In this document: one piece after another, positions 34,825 to 49,335 of the stretch
Position numbering within the stretch: the stretch's first letter is position 1
Layout of the letters: each line of letters starts with the position of its first letter
NCBI RefSeq assembly: GCF_032062105.1
Contig: NW_026918302.1
Coordinates: 62,001-126,000, forward strand
Source: Saccostrea cucullata
Lineage: Eukaryota
DNA length: 64,000 bases
Reading direction: 5' to 3'
The notes under the pieces: generated by a model
What the model saw: the letters and a program-made list of their open reading frames with translations, nothing else
Databases searched by the model: none
What the model was told of the DNA's origin: nothing
Made by a program: the position numbers and the translations under genes

Positions 34825-35135
34825 AGGACCCCCACCCCCCTTTAAATCCTGGAGCTTGTTGGAAATTTTTTTAAACAGATTGCACTATTACATTTATTCA
34901 TCATCTGTACAATAGGAAAAAACCGTCAAAGTCCCAAAAGAATCGCTCCACAAGAAATACTGCACTATACATGTGTACATCTAGTGGAGTATTTTTCGTG
35001 GAGCAATTATTTTTGGGTTTTGACGATTTTCCCTATTGTACAGATGATGAATAAGTGTGATAGCTAGTATAATTTGTGAAAAAAATATCTAACAAGCCAC
35101 AGGGTTGAATATCGGGGGGGGGGGGGTGTTCTTGT
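34825..35135. mobile_element. ~310-bp imperfect fold-back element
   Basis: TTATTCATCATCTGTACAATAGG..AAA.CGTCAAA pairs with TTTGACGATTTTCCCTATTGTACAGATGATGAATAA around a centre near 34975. Confidence 0.75.
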
Positions 35136-37093
35136 CCTGTTCCTGTTTGTTTTGAAACAAATATACTTTCAAAAGGGTTCAGAATGTTTGCACTCTCCTT
35201 CGTATTTCAGTAACTAACCAAGTCATAAGAAGTCACACTACTTTCTATAATTTATATAAATACATATGTATCACACTGAGCATAAAATGCTCTAGTGCAT
35301 GAGCGTATGACCCATGGACCTCCTATGTAAGTATTTTCTATAATAAATGCATTAAAAGTCTGAAATTCTAAAAGAATGAAGCAAAGATTTTGTTTAAAAA
35401 ATTTTGAGGAAAAAACTTGTGTTCCTTGTTCATATGGATGAAAAAACCTTGCATGCACATAACACCACCAGTCATATTCCAAAAGATGACTCGGCCAATG
35501 CTGAAATGTAATGTTGAGGAGTCTGGGGAAGAAAATACTGCACAATACTGCTGTAAAAACAATGTATCATCAATAAAAAATATTTTACCAACTGCACTAA
35601 ATGCTATAAATACTCGGAAAAAGTATAGCTGTCATAACAACAAAGATAGCTTTCTGGATATTTTCTACGCAAACATAAAATAGCTCTCGAAGAGTTGGGA
35701 AAATGCATATTTGATGTAATTGTCAAGATATAAAGAAGACCTTGTGGTCAAATTTGATAGGTTACGTTTGATATGATTCATATGAAACATAACAATGAAT
35801 GTTTTATCTAAAGTCAACGGTCCCTTCAAATGGATGAATAGTCGAAAAATGACCATCAGATGCGGGAAAATCGCGTGCTACCGCTGTTTAAGAAAAAGTT
35901 ACAAAGTACTAAGGCGAAATGGGAATTTTAGTTTTTGTTCAATAAAATATTATCACTGGGTTGATATAAAAATTTAAAAGATAACTTTTTTAGATTGAAC
36001 TTAACAGTTTTTTGGACACAAAAATGGGGGGGGGGGTCTTGGCTCCTCTAAATCCGCCATTGATTTGAGTTGAAACACAATTGGATACACATTCCGGTAT
36101 TGCCCTATTCTCTTGTGCTATTGAATGATCATTACTCTTTCAATCGGTATATAATGCCTATGGCTATTTTACGTATTTGGCCAAATTCAGACATGTGATA
36201 CATGTCATGTGGTTTGAAGAACCAATAGGCTTACTTTAGAATTTTCCCCGCTATTGGTGAACTGCCTTTGTTCATCAAAAAGACAGGTTTCTTTGAGGAA
36301 AGCTCTAATTAGTGTATATGTTCAGCTTACTGTATCTATTATGAAGTCTGTCATATTAGAACCATCCTGACAAACCTGAAACCTGACAGTTTATTGGTAT
36401 GTATGTATATGTATGTATGTATAGTATACCAGACATATTCATGCAGCTTTATTGAGTTTACCTCACAGTGACGGAACAAAAGAATCTTAAGGGGGGGGGG
36501 CAGTTTGGGGTCGGGGTAGGCCACAGCCACAGAAAATCTCATTAATATTTTGGATACAAAGAAGGGGGGCTTGTCCCCCTCTAAATCCGCCAGAGAGACA
36601 GGTGATTATTGGATATTCATGTGAATTATAATGTTTTTATCATATGTAAATGTAATGTGAAACAGTTGCATTGAAATGTGTATATTACGTAATATTATAT
36701 ATGAATAATACTAATTTTCAAAATTAATGTCTTTAAAAAATATACTTTTTGGCAATCAAGGGAAATAAGTTGTAAATTAATTCAAAATGAAAGGAGATAG
36801 CAAGAGCTATCATCCTTGTAATATGCATATTACCTTGTAAGTTTATTGTTAATATTTATGCCCCTGTAATCAAGAAGCAGTGGTATATAGTTTTTGTTCT
36901 ATCCGTCCATTTATCTGTTTGTCTTTGTCGACAAAAACTAACTTTACCCATAATTGTTTATTGGATGGGACTATAAGTTTTTCTTATTTCACAGGTGTAT
37001 TCATTGTATTCCTTGTGACATGACCTTTCCTTGGGTACCACCAAATTCGAACTCTTGATCATGACTATAGATTTTGACCAACTTTAACAAAAA

Positions 37094-37780
37094 AACAAGA
37101 GGCCCATGGGCCACACCGCTCACCTGAGCACTAAGGGTAGGAAAAAGTAGAAAATGGCTTTTTATTGTAAAGTTTAAATCCAAAAGTAGTCCCACGACCA
37201 ATCATTGATTTGCTATTTTTTAGAAAATGATTTTTTAAGAATTTTCCTATATATATCTTTAAAAACTTTGGTCGGCCATTTTGGCCCGGCCCTACCCCTG
37301 GGGGTCATGATTTGAACAAATTTGAATCTACACTACTTGAGCATGCTTCCATATAAATATGATGAATTATGGCTTTGTCATTCTTGAGAAGAAGATTTTT
37401 AAAGAATTTTCCTATATATTTCTATGTAAAAGTTTGGTCGGCCATTTTTGCCCGCCCTACCCCCCGGGGTCATGATTTGAACAAACTTGAATCTACACTA
37501 CCTGAGCATGCTTCCATATAAATATGATGAATTATGGCTTTGTCATTCTTGAGAAGAAGATTTTTAAAGAATTTTCCTATATATTTCTATGTAAAACTTT
37601 GGTCGGCCATTTTGGCCCCGCCCTACCCCGGGGGTCCTGATTTGAACAAACTTGAATCTACACTACCTGAGGATGTTTCCCCATAAGTTTCATCTTTCCT
37701 GGCACAGTGGTTCTTGAGAAGAAGATTTTTAAAATATGCCACTAAATTTTCATTAATTCCCAATTATCTCCCCTTGAATG

Positions 37781-37830
<50 letters not shown>

Positions 37831-37930
37831 ACTTTGTGGCAAGTTTGGTTGAAATTGGCCCAGCGATTCTTGAGAAGAAGTCGAAAATGTGAAAAGTTTA
37901 CAGACAGACAGAGGGGCGGTGGACAAAATG

Positions 37931-37976
<46 letters not shown>
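37094..37976 (-). mobile_element. Helentron-type (HINE) element carrying ~166-bp satellite units, nested in an older HINE (about 36855-39130)
   Basis: AACAAGAGGCCCATGGGCCAC...; 3-4 tandem units (CATGATTTGAACAAACTTGAATCTACACTACCTGAG...TTCTTGAGAAGAAGATTTTT); GACA microsatellite; AGCTCACTTGAGCCTTCGGCTCAGGTGAGCT hairpin end. Confidence 0.88.
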
Positions 37977-37977
<1 letters not shown>

Positions 37978-38232
37978 CTTTAACCTTGGTCATATCTTAT
38001 GAGCAATTGGTGCTTAGGCTTTCATACTTCATATAATTTTATTCATAGTGATTAGATTCTCAACAGGTATAAAAGTATTTGACCTTTTGACCTTGACCTT
38101 AAAGTTTGGCCCACTTTGTAAAAAAACCTTTAACCTTGGCCATAACATACAAACTGTAAATTCTACAGCTTTCATATTTCACAGGAGCTGCCTCGTGTTT
38201 TCCTTTCATTGGATATAAAGAACTTTGACCCT

Positions 38233-38264
<32 letters not shown>

Positions 38265-40461
38265 GTTTAACCTTGGCTATAACTTTTGAACGGTTCAGGC
38301 AAGGCTTTCATACTTCACATATGTAATACTTGTGGCAAGATCTTTCTTAAGAAACTACCAATATATATATATATATAATTTAATTTGCATTTAAGAAAAG
38401 TTGAATCTTCGATCGCTATTTTGCCATATAGGGTCATCAGGTTCACTTCCTTTTAACATTTGATTAAGAAGAGATGGGGCTTTCATATCTGACATGTGCA
38501 TTACCTATGACAAGATTTGCCACAATATGTCATAACAAATGACATCCCACCCTCAAAGACACCGAAAGCGGGGGACCACAATTCTTTGAATTTGCTTGTT
38601 TGTTTGTTTTACAGTTAAAAAAGTGATACTTTGAAGGCTTGTTCCCTATTCACACATTAATAAATCCTGAAATTTTTAAAATTTAAGTTTTCGTATGATA
38701 AAAAGCAGAGAAAAAGTCAATTTGCCTATAAATCAGGTGTATTTTATCGAAATTTTGGAAAAAGAGTTAATGTTCAATTGCAAGACCTGGATTTAAGGAA
38801 TATCAAGCCCCGAGTTGGTGCTAGGTTAACATGTGTATTAATTAATATTTGACTAAACCTTCAATGGGTATAGATATTTTTGACTTTGACCTAAGAGTTT
38901 GACCTTGAGTTTTGAAAACTTTAACCTTGGTCATAACTTTTGAACAGTTAGCACTTATGGCTTTCATATTTCACAGGTATGTTCTAAGTGACAAGACCTC
39001 CATTTGGATATTAACAATTTTAATCTTTTGACCTTGGCCTATGGAGTTTGACTTGCATCTGAGAAACATCAATCCTCACCATTATCTATTACGTGGGAGC
39101 ATCAGTTGTTTCACAAACACATCTTGTTTATGCCTAATATTGTTTATTCCTATTATAGGGTTATTGTGACCACTACATCTGAATCCACCCATATCAACAC
39201 TGCAATGGACCCATTATTATGCATGTATTATATTCTTCACACAAGACCACTACTACATTTGGTGCTCTAGTTGGTTGCTGATGATGGATGGTGCCTTAAC
39301 ACAGGATAAAGCAGTTAGCTGACGAATGATGGTCAACCTCTACCTTCCTCCTTGTGAGAGCTACAATATGTTTTAACTGTCAACAGTGAGAGTTTTGTGC
39401 TGGCTGACCTTAGCCTAAGTACAATAGTGATCAACACTGTGAACTGTGATTTTTATATTGTGATTTCTCTGTGCATTGACTCTGTTGTGATTCAATCGGA
39501 ATTATTCCACCAGTGATTGGTAAGAAAGTCTACCATACAACACTTGTTTACTTAAGCAGTATATAGTTAAGAATTTTATGCCCCTGCCTGACAAGTGGGA
39601 GGGTATATATTGCTATGGCAATTTGGATATGCCTGTTTGTACATTCGTCTATCTGTCGGTTTTGTATTATCTTCTTTATACAGAGTGACCAACATGTTAA
39701 TTGAAAACAAAACATTTGTGCCCTGTCCTTATGGTATTGGTAATTGATATACAGGTATAGTTTTATAAATTTCAGATTCTTATACTAACACCTTTGCACT
39801 GCACTGCATGATACATATGTATATTATTTGACAACTGCTGACTGGACTGAACAGATGTTGACAGAGCTGTGGTAGCTGTGGGAGAATGTACATAATAGGT
39901 ACAGGTAATGTCCCCCCACCCCACCCCCCTTGCCCTACTTAGTCACATGTATATTCACATGTATTATGATAGGTCTTAAGATATGTTTGCATGTTGATCA
40001 AGTGAAATAAAGTAGGTGTGTGACAACAGTAAGGGTATATATAGATTACATGTGTCTGTCTGTCTGTCATTAGTTTATATTTGCAGTGAATATCAAAGTA
40101 CATGTATACTGAAATTTTTGGCACTGAGTAGAGAATATCTCCCTTATACCTGCTCACTATATAGAGAGTAGATTTGAATAAGACTGCCAATATTTTATTA
40201 TTTCATCTGCTCATATTTAATTTTCATTTCACTCACTGTATTTAATTTTATTGTGTATGTTACATTCATTTTGTTGCCATTGCCTTTTGAACATCTTTCA
40301 ATTGTTGTTTCTCTCAATTGTGTATCCAAAATTTAGACCAAATTGAAGTGAACTAGAGTTATTGCCCTTTTCAGAGTAAGTTATTAAGGAAGAATGTCAC
40401 TTTACACATCTCAGAGTCATCCTAGTTTTTAAACAATGATTTCAACATTGAAAGACCAATA

Positions 40462-40963
40462 CAGTAAAACTCGTTTAGTACGAACACGGATATAGCGAAT
40501 TCACGGATATAGCGAAGTTTTTTGGGTCCCCGGCAAAATTCTTAACAAATCTTTGTAAAATTTTACGGTTATAACGAACTCTGATATAACGAATTTACGG
40601 GTATAGCGAACCGATTTTGAGTCCCCTTGAGGTGAAATATAATAAAATTTACATCTTTTATAACGGACTTTAAAGATTATAAAAAAAATGATAAATTGAA
40701 CTTAAACTTTATTTCCTTTTAGCATTTGTAAATACCATTCAATTCAAAAGAAAACCTTAGTTATCGAAGATATGTTTTGCAATATTTGCTTTCCTAACAT
40801 ATTTGGTAGTAATACTTGAAGGAAAACATGCATATTGCGAATTCGCTATAATGGTTAAACGAATTCGTTATACGGATATAACGAATTATGGATATAACGA
40901 ATTACGGATATAGTGAATTAAATTCACAGGTCCCAAGGACTTCGCTATAACCGAGTATTACTG
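40462..40963. mobile_element. Tc1/mariner-pogo type MITE, TA TSD (copy 2 of the 11763-12230 family)
   Basis: TA|CAGTAAAACTCGTTTAGTACGAACACGG ... CCGAGTATTACTG|TA. Confidence 0.9.
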
Positions 40964-41293
40964 TATTCGCTCTTAATTATTAAATATGATTTTTTTTTTT
41001 GCATTTTTTCAAAGAAAATGAAAGAAAATTATTTATATCCAAATTAGATGCTTTAGACTTACATATGATAAAGCAATCATATTTGATACATAGAATATCC
41101 ATAAATAATTGAATCCCACCTGAAAAACAGGGACCACAATTCTTTGAGTTAATTTGCTTTTTATTATAATATTTTTTCACCTGTGACATTTATTTATATA
41201 ATAGCTTCTCTGAAATTCTATTGCTTACATTGGTGATTTTGATTATTCTGTTCATTAATGGCATAACCGTTCTGCATCTGAATTTCTTTTTAA

Positions 41294-42029
41294 GGGGCTC
41301 GACTGTAGTTTCCATTGCACAATATATGCCGACCTAGTAAATTAAAGCTTGTTAACTGTTTATAAGCAATTTTTTCACTGAATTAAAAAAATGAAAAAAA
41401 TTAAGAAATTATAGGTTAAATTGAAATTTAATTTCAATTTCATTCATCTGACATGTCTGATTTTCAAAATGATTTTCCAACTGATAGGTAGATTGGCGTC
41501 GTTAAATTGTGTTTTCGACGCTACGATAATGTGAAACTCTTAAAAAAGGGGTAATAAAAATGTTATAAAAGAAATAGTAATGAATACATGCTCCTGAAAT
41601 TTAAATCATAGAATTTTGAGAATCTTCCCTTTATTTTTATTATTTTTTTTTTGTATAAATCCTTTGTGTTTGTCATATTTTGTAGTACTCTATAAGAACA
41701 GGAAAATTCCTTGATTTTTGGTATTTTGAGATGTCCCCTCTCTTAACAAATGGTAGAATTTTGTGTTCCTTACATATAATGTAAAACATAATGTTACTCA
41801 TCATATATTATAGTTTGAGCAAAAAAGGCTATTGTAGTACTTGTATAATTTGCTAAAAAGTGCCAAAAAAAATGTACCTGTATTTTGAGACAGTCACTTA
41901 TAAATACCTGGACAGTAGATTTTCCCCAAACTTGGCATGTACACTTTAGTCAATGTAAGTTTTATATAGTATAAAATTAAAGAGTTTCGCTATTGCAGTT
42001 TTCATGCAATAAAACCCCAGTCAGCCCCC
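41294..42029. mobile_element. TTAA-flanked non-autonomous transposon (Kolobok- or Crypton-like)
   Basis: TTAA|GGGGCTCGACTG ... CAGTCAGCCCCC|TTAA. Confidence 0.65.
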
Positions 42030-42540
42030 TTAAGCTCACTGACAGTTTTTTTTTCCAAATGATTCTTCTTCCTCCAAGGGGAGATTATTATGATTTTATG
42101 AAAAGTTAATAGCATCATTTAAAAATCTTTTTCTCAAGAACAGTTGTGCTTGAAAATATGAAACTTATGTGTAATCATTGTCAAGTGTAGATTCAAAATT
42201 TGTTCAAATCATAACCCTAGGGGGTAGGATGGGGCTACAAGGGGGGAACAAAGTTATACATTGAAAACATAACGGAAAAATGTTTAATTTTTTTTTCTCA
42301 AGAACAGCAAAGTCATGATTAGACATACCGATTTGGAAGCATCCTCAGATAGTGTCGATTCAAGTTTTTTTCATTCAAATCATGACCCCCAGGGGTAGAG
42401 TTGTGCACAATTGGGTATCAAAGTACCATAATATAAAAGCAGATGATAATGTTATAGTATTTTAAAATTGCTCAAATCATAACCCTTCGTGAGAATAGAG
42501 AGGCCATACAAGGGGATCATAGTTTTACAAATTAAAGGAA

Positions 42541-43560
42541 TACAAGAAGCCCATGGGCCACATCACTCACCTGAGCACTGTGGCTAGGAAAAAAGAAATA
42601 ATCATTCCAGATTTGAAAAGCTTAAATACATGTGGTCCCAACTTACCCCTTAAAGGCAGAAGGGGAATGATTTGAATTAACTTTAATCTACAAAGAGTGC
42701 TTACTTATTTCTTTGACTTACTGTGGCTTTTTTCCTATAAGTTTGAACTTTTATTTTGGCCCCACCCTACCCTTGGGATTTATGATTTAAACGAATGTGA
42801 ATCTGAAGATACTTATAATTAAATATGACCAATCATGGCTTTGTTGTTCTTGAGAAGAAATTTTTTTTAATGATTTTTCCTCTATGTAAAACTTTGGTCG
42901 TCCATTGTGGCCCCGCCCTACGCCCGGGGGTCATGATTTGAACAAACCTGAATCTACACTACCTGAGGATACTTCCCTATAAACATGCATATAAACCAAT
43001 CATGGCTTTGTTGTTCTTGAGAAGAAAAGTTTAAGGATTTTTTCCTTATATTCCTAAGTAAAACTTTGGTTGTCCATTGCGGCCTCACCCTACACCCAGG
43101 GGCCATGATTTGAACAAACTTGAATCTACACAACCTGAGGATGCTTCTATATAAATCATGATCAATCTTCTTGAGAAGATTTTAAAAGATTTTTCATATA
43201 TATTCCTATGTAAAACTTTGGTCATTCATTGTGACCCTACCTAACCCCAGGGGGTCATAATTCAAATAAACTTGAATTTTCACTACCTGTGGATGCTTCT
43301 ATATAAATATGACCAACCATTGCTTTATTGTTCTGAGAAGAAGATCTTTCAAGATTTTCCCTATATATTCCTATGTAAAACTCACCCCACCCAACCCCCA
43401 GGGGTCATGATTTGAACAAACTTATGAATCTACACTATCTAAGGATGTTTCCAAATTAGTTTCATCTTTCCCTACCCAGTGGTTCTTGAGAATAAGATTT
43501 TTAAAACATGCCACCAAATTTTCACTATTTCTTGATTATCTCACCTTGAATAAAGGTGTA

Positions 43561-43591
<31 letters not shown>

Positions 43592-43746
43592 TACAAAAGA
43601 TTACTTTGTGGCAAGTTTGGTTGAAGTTGGCCCAGTAGTTCTGGAGAAGAAGTCGAAAATGTGAAAGGTTTACAGATGGACTGACAGCTAGACAGAGACA
43701 GACCACCAGAATAGCTCAATTGAGCTTTCAGCTCAGGTGAGCTTAT
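42541..43746 (-). mobile_element. Helentron-type (HINE) element with ~6 diverged ~160-bp satellite units
   Basis: Same termini and core units as 37094-37976; interrupts an oppositely oriented older copy (about 42030-43955). Confidence 0.85.
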
Positions 43747-44727
43747 AAAGGATATATCGATAAAAATTTTCATCTTAAGAACAGCAAAGCAGCAAAGCCA
43801 TCATATTAATTCAAAAGAAGTGGAGATTTTAAGTTTCTTCAAATCATACCTCCCTGAACCACTTTAAATATCTAAACTTTTCATTACTAAACTGATTTCT
43901 GCTTTTTCTTAGCCAAAGTGCTTTGGTGAGCAATGTGGGCACTGGGCCTCTTTTTTTCAAGTATATTTCATTTTGATTTTTTAGATGTTTTTTTTGACAT
44001 TCTAGCAGGTATATTCAAAGCAAACAGTCTATCATATTAAATCAATTACTGTATAAGTGGAAATTTTAGCAAGATACAAATTTAGCGATTTGTTCTTAAA
44101 ATCTGGAAATTTATTTTTAGCGAGATGTTAATTTAGCGATTTTAAAATGCACATCAAAGTAGCTATTTGAAATAAAACGCAATTAATTTTTAGCGATATT
44201 TAATTTTAATTATCTCAGCACCCTCGCTAATAATGCCAAAATAAAATCCTTGCTAAAAATTCTATTTATCCTGTATATGATATTTGTGATGTTAATCAAA
44301 GTGATACAATACATTTTGGGGTGTGAAAAGTAAAGTTCTGAAATCAGTGAAATATCTTGAGTTCAATTCAAATGATACATGTGAGTAAACTATTGACGTA
44401 ATTTACTATATTGGAAATTCAAATTCTGTCTAGAATTGTGTATCCCTGGAAAAGTTCATTATGGAAGATGATATAGAAAAAGAAGCCAAGGACATCAATT
44501 AATTCTTCTAAAGCTTCTATGCATATAAATATTGTTATTCAAGCAAATTGCAAATAGGGAAGCAGTATTTTTGTGATGATTAAATTTATTCCCCTTATAA
44601 TTTAAAAATACATTATTTTTTCCCAAAAATATACAATTCTGCTAAAAGGTAAAACTTGAAGTAAATTGATAAAAATAAAACATTCATAATGATTTCTTGA
44701 TAGTTTTTTTTAAATTAATATTATTTT

Positions 44728-47208
44728 AGATAAGTGAGAGTGGGGAGTAGGGGAGAAAGAATAGGAGAGAGGGAGTGGAGGCAGTGGTAGAGAAAAGGGG
44801 AGTGGGGAGAATGGGAGGGAGATAGAGAGTAGGAGAGAGAGAAGGGGTGGGGAGAGAGGAGAGTGGGAGAGAGAGGGGAGGATAGTGGGGAGAGAGAGGA
44901 GTGGGGTGAGAGAGGAGTGGGGAGAGAGAGGGAGTGAAGTGGGAGAGAAAGGAGTGGGGAGAGTAGGAGAGAGGGAGCGGGGAGCATGGGAAGGAGAGGA
45001 GTGGGGAGAGAGGAGTGGGAGAGGGAGTGGGGAGAGTGGGAGAGAGAGAGAGAGAGAGAGAGAGAGGAGGTGGATGGAGGGAGAGGAAGGGAGTGGGGAG
45101 AGAGAGGGAGAGAGAGAGGAAGTGGGGAGAGAGAGAGAGGGAATGGGGAGAGAGAGGGAGTGAGGAAAGTGGGAGAGACAGGAGAGAGAGGGAGTGGGGA
45201 GAGTGGGAGAGAGAGGAGTGGGAGAGAGGGAGTTGGTAGAGTGGGAGAGAGAGGAGTGGGGAGAGTGGGAGGGAGAAGAGTGGGGAGACTGGAACAGAGA
45301 GGGAATGGGGAGAGGGAGTTGGTAGAGTGGGAGAGAGAGGGAGTGGGGAGAGAGGGAGTGGGGAGAGTGGAAGAGAGGGAATGGGGGGAGAGGGAGTTCG
45401 TGGAGTGGGAGAGAGAGGAGTGGGGAGAGAGAGGAGTGGGAGAAAGGGAGTGGAGAGAGTGGCAGAGAGAGGGAGTGGGGAGAGTCGGAGAGAGGAGTGG
45501 GAGAGAGGGAGTGGGGAGAGTGGAACAGAGGGAATGGGGAGAAAGGGAGTTGGTAGAGTGGGAGAGAGAGGGAGTTGGTAGAGTGGGAGAGAGAGGAGTG
45601 GGGAGAGTGGGAGAGACAGGAGTGGGGAGAGAGAGGGAGTCGGGAGAGTGGGAGAGAGAGGAGTGGGGAGAGTGAGGAGTGGGAGAGAGAGGGAGTGGGC
45701 AGAGAGGAGTGGGAGAGAGAGGGAGTAGGGAGAGTGGGAGAGAGAGGGAATGGGGAGAGAGATGGGAGTGGGGAAAGTGGGAGAGACAGGAGAGAGAGGG
45801 AGTGGGAAGAGTGGGAGAGAGAGGAGTGGGAGAGAGGGAGGGAGAGGGGAGAGTGGGAGAGAGAGTGGGGAGTGAGAAAGGGAGGGAGTGGGGAGAGAGT
45901 GGGTGAGAAAGACGGAGTGGAAGAGAGAGGGAGTGGGGAGAGAGTTGGAGAGTGGGAGAGAGTGGAGTGGGGAGAGAGGGAATGGGGAGAGGGAGTTGGT
46001 AGTGTGGGTGAGAGAGGGAGTGGGGAGAGAGGGAGTGGGGAGAGTGGGAAGAGAGGAGAGAGGAAGAGAGAGGGAGTGGGGAGAGTGGAGAGAGGGGGAG
46101 AGAGAGGAGTGGGGAGAGAGAGTGAGAGAGAAGAGAGGAGAGAGAGAGAGGGAGAGAGAGGGAGAGAGAGAGAGTGGAGAGAGAGTGGGGAGAGAGAGGG
46201 AGTGGGAGAGTGGAACAGAGGGGAGTGGGGAGAAGGGAGATGAGAGAGTGGGGAGAGAGAGGGAGTTGGGAGAGAGGGAGAGAGAGGAGAGAGAGAGAGA
46301 GGGGAGAGAGGAGTGGGGAGAGAGAGGGAGTGGGGAGAGTGGGCGAGAGAGAGAGGGGAGAGTGAGAGTGGGAGAGAGGGAGAGGGAGAGTGGGAGAGAG
46401 AGGGAATGGGAGAGAGAGAGAGGGAGTTTGGAGAGTGGGAGAGAGAGAGGAGTGGGGAGAGAGAGTGGGAGAGAGAGGAGTGGGGAGAGTGGAGAGAGAG
46501 AGAGAGGAGTGGGGAGAGAGTGGGGATGGAGAGAGGGAGTGGGAGAGAGAGTGGGTGAGCGAAAGGGAGTGGGGAGAGAGTGGGGAGAGAGAGGGAGTGG
46601 GGAGAGTGGGAGAGAGAGTGGGAGAGAGAGAGGAGGGAGAGAGAGAGAGAGAGGAGTGGGAGAGAGAGGGGGAGGAGAGGGAGGAGAGGAGGGGAGAGTG
46701 GGAGAGAGGGAGGGGAGAGAGAGTTGGGAGTGGGAGAGAGAGAGGAGAGTAGAGAGAGAGTGGGGGAGAGAGGGAGAGGGGAGAGAGGAGAGAGAGGGAG
46801 TGGGGAGAGAGGGAGGGGAGAGTGAGGAGAGAGAGAGAGGAGAGTGGGAGAGAGAGGGAGGGAGAGGGAGTGGAGAGAGGGAGAGAGAGGAGTGGGAGAG
46901 AGAGGGAGTGGGAGAGAGGGAGTGGGAGAGAGAGAGGGAGAGAGTGGAGAGAGAGAGAGGGAGATTGGGAGAGAGAGTGGGGAGAGGGAGGGAGAGAGTT
47001 GGGAGAGAGGGAGTGGAGAGTGGGAGGGAGTGGGAGAGAATGGGACAGAGTGGAAAAGTGAAGAGAGAGAGAGGAATGAGAGAGAAAGGGAGTGGGGAGA
47101 GTGGAGAGAGAGAGAGAGTGGAAAGAGAGATAGTGGGGAGAATGGGAGAGAGAGATAGTGGGAAGAGATGGAGAGAGAGAATGGGAGAGTGGGAGAGAGA
47201 CGGGAGAT
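44728..47208. repeat. ~2.5-kb degenerate (GA)n/(GGAGTGGGGAGAGA)n purine-rich simple repeat
   Basis: Plus strand almost entirely G/A with periodic T and very few C; the long E/R/G/W ORFs here are by-products. Confidence 0.97.
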
Positions 47209-49335
47209 TGTAATCTAAGTTTTCAGTTTAAACCCTATATTTTAAAAGTAATCCTAGAGTGTGTTGTGATAAAAATTAAACATGTCCTATGTTGCGCATT
47301 GAAAAGTTAAGTTGAAGTCATTGTCGTCGCCTCCAAATGTCTTTTGCTATGTCTCAGCGCTAGTGGATTTCCAAAATACGGACACCGTGTACGAATGCAT
47401 GAACCTGCCCCTCACAGTCCTTCCAGAAGCACTTGGTCTATCATCTGTGTTCCTAGCTGCTTGAAACGTACGTTTGATCGCTGAAAAGACGATTGATGTA
47501 TACCAAATGCAGTTGTGTCTTTCTGTTACGTAGCTCCAACTAGCTCGGTTGCATTCATCTTTGTTTAGGCGTGACATTGCAGCATCAACATTGCAATCAA
47601 ATTTTAAATATGGGTTTAATAGGAATGTTTATTGTTTCTCTAAATCCAAAATATCAATGAAAATAGACCTCCGATTTACAGGAAATCATGTAAAACACTA
47701 TTTTCATAAACATGATCAATCAAGGGAAATACTTAGTAATTAAACTCTTAGGTTTTAAAAGTTGTCCATTAAATAGGTCTCATGTATCCAATGATAAAAA
47801 AGATATAGTTGTTCCATATACTTTTTCAAAATTTCTTTGATGAGTAAAACAATATGCGTTTCTTTTTTTGTTGAGTATATATGTAACAGAAATAAAGAGG
47901 CTATACTGTAATCATTTTTGACATCTTAAGTATCGGTTACTAAATAGACAGTGAAAATACTAAACAAAACCCTGACAAATATGTGTCAAAACACGACAGA
48001 AAAAGCAAGGTCGGTCGTCCGAACGAGACAGCATGTGATTTAAAAAAATGTTTTTATACGGCTAAAACGAAGTCAAAGACAAAATATTTGTTGAGACAAC
48101 TCAAAGTTGTTTGATTAAATTTTGTTTATTGATTTTAGAATTTGGTATATGTGATTTTTCAACGGTGCGTACAAATTCGAAGACACAACAAGGATTTAAA
48201 AACATGGTTCTTTTTAATGAAAATGGATATTTCTATTCATGACGTTCTTATAAATCTAGCGCAATTATATTGATGACGCTTGAAAATCAGTGTGTATTGT
48301 TGTAAATTTTAATAATTAAACAAATTGTAATCTATACTTAAAGATTATTGCTAGCATTTTGCAGTGTGACATAATAAAGAAAAAATAGAGTGTGTCCATG
48401 AACATGTATTAAAAATTTATCTAAATGTTTGACGTTATAATGAAATTAGTGTAACGTCTGACTGGTCCGTGCGCACTATCCGCGGCCTTTCAAGACCCCG
48501 ATTTTTACAAAAATATAAAGTTACATCAATAAAAATAAAATCTACCTGACTTGGATTTTCATGAGATATATTTTGATATATATTAGAGAGATAGAACTAT
48601 TTATTTTAACAAAAACTTAAATGTCCACGAACTTTTTCGACAACCCTCGTATATACAAAATACTAACTGCGTGATGTTGACCTTGAAACTTGCGTAAAAC
48701 TACCTGTAAATAGTACCATTTAACATTAATCTTAAAACAAACCTTGTTCGTTGTTCTTGTTTTGAAGTGGAGGGGCTTTCTTAAAATATACACTACATTT
48801 GGCAAGACGTTATCAAATCTACTGTGATTTTTGACCTCAGCTACGAACTTAACCTTGAAGCTTGAGAAAATCTATATTGTAGAATTTTTTTTACAAGGAG
48901 GACAGGCTTTCATATATTTGTATTATGCATTACCTGTGACAATACTTTTCAAAAAATACCTTAATGATTTTTTACCCCATTACCTTCACGTCAAAAGTTG
49001 ACTTTTAAAAACTTGAATGTTGGTTCCAAATTTTGCTCAAGAAAAAAATATTTTTTAAAAATTATAAGCATGATGGACATCGAATACATGTCAGGCAAGA
49101 CAGTTACAGTCCAGTTTGGGTATAGAACATAGTTATAGAGATAAATAAATATCTCTGAAGCAACAGAAAACGCTTCCTAACCTAACCTTAAGAAATAAAG
49201 AATTCCTTAAAAACACTAACATGTTTAAATATTTATTTACTTCAAGTACATGTATACAAAAAAGTTGTTTTTGCATACCTTCTGTCATATTGTTTGAATA
49301 ATGCTTATAATGGGAAGGGCTATAGCAGAATCAAA

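Noticed and set aside
44721-47213. Long ORFs (up to 441 aa) rich in E/R/G/W
   Set aside because: Translation of a purine simple repeat that rarely contains stops; open in several frames; no domain.
48617-48654. Mariner-like terminus (TACGAGGGTTGTCGAAAAAGTTCGTGGAC on minus)
   Set aside because: No partner TIR or transposase found, so no element could be delimited.
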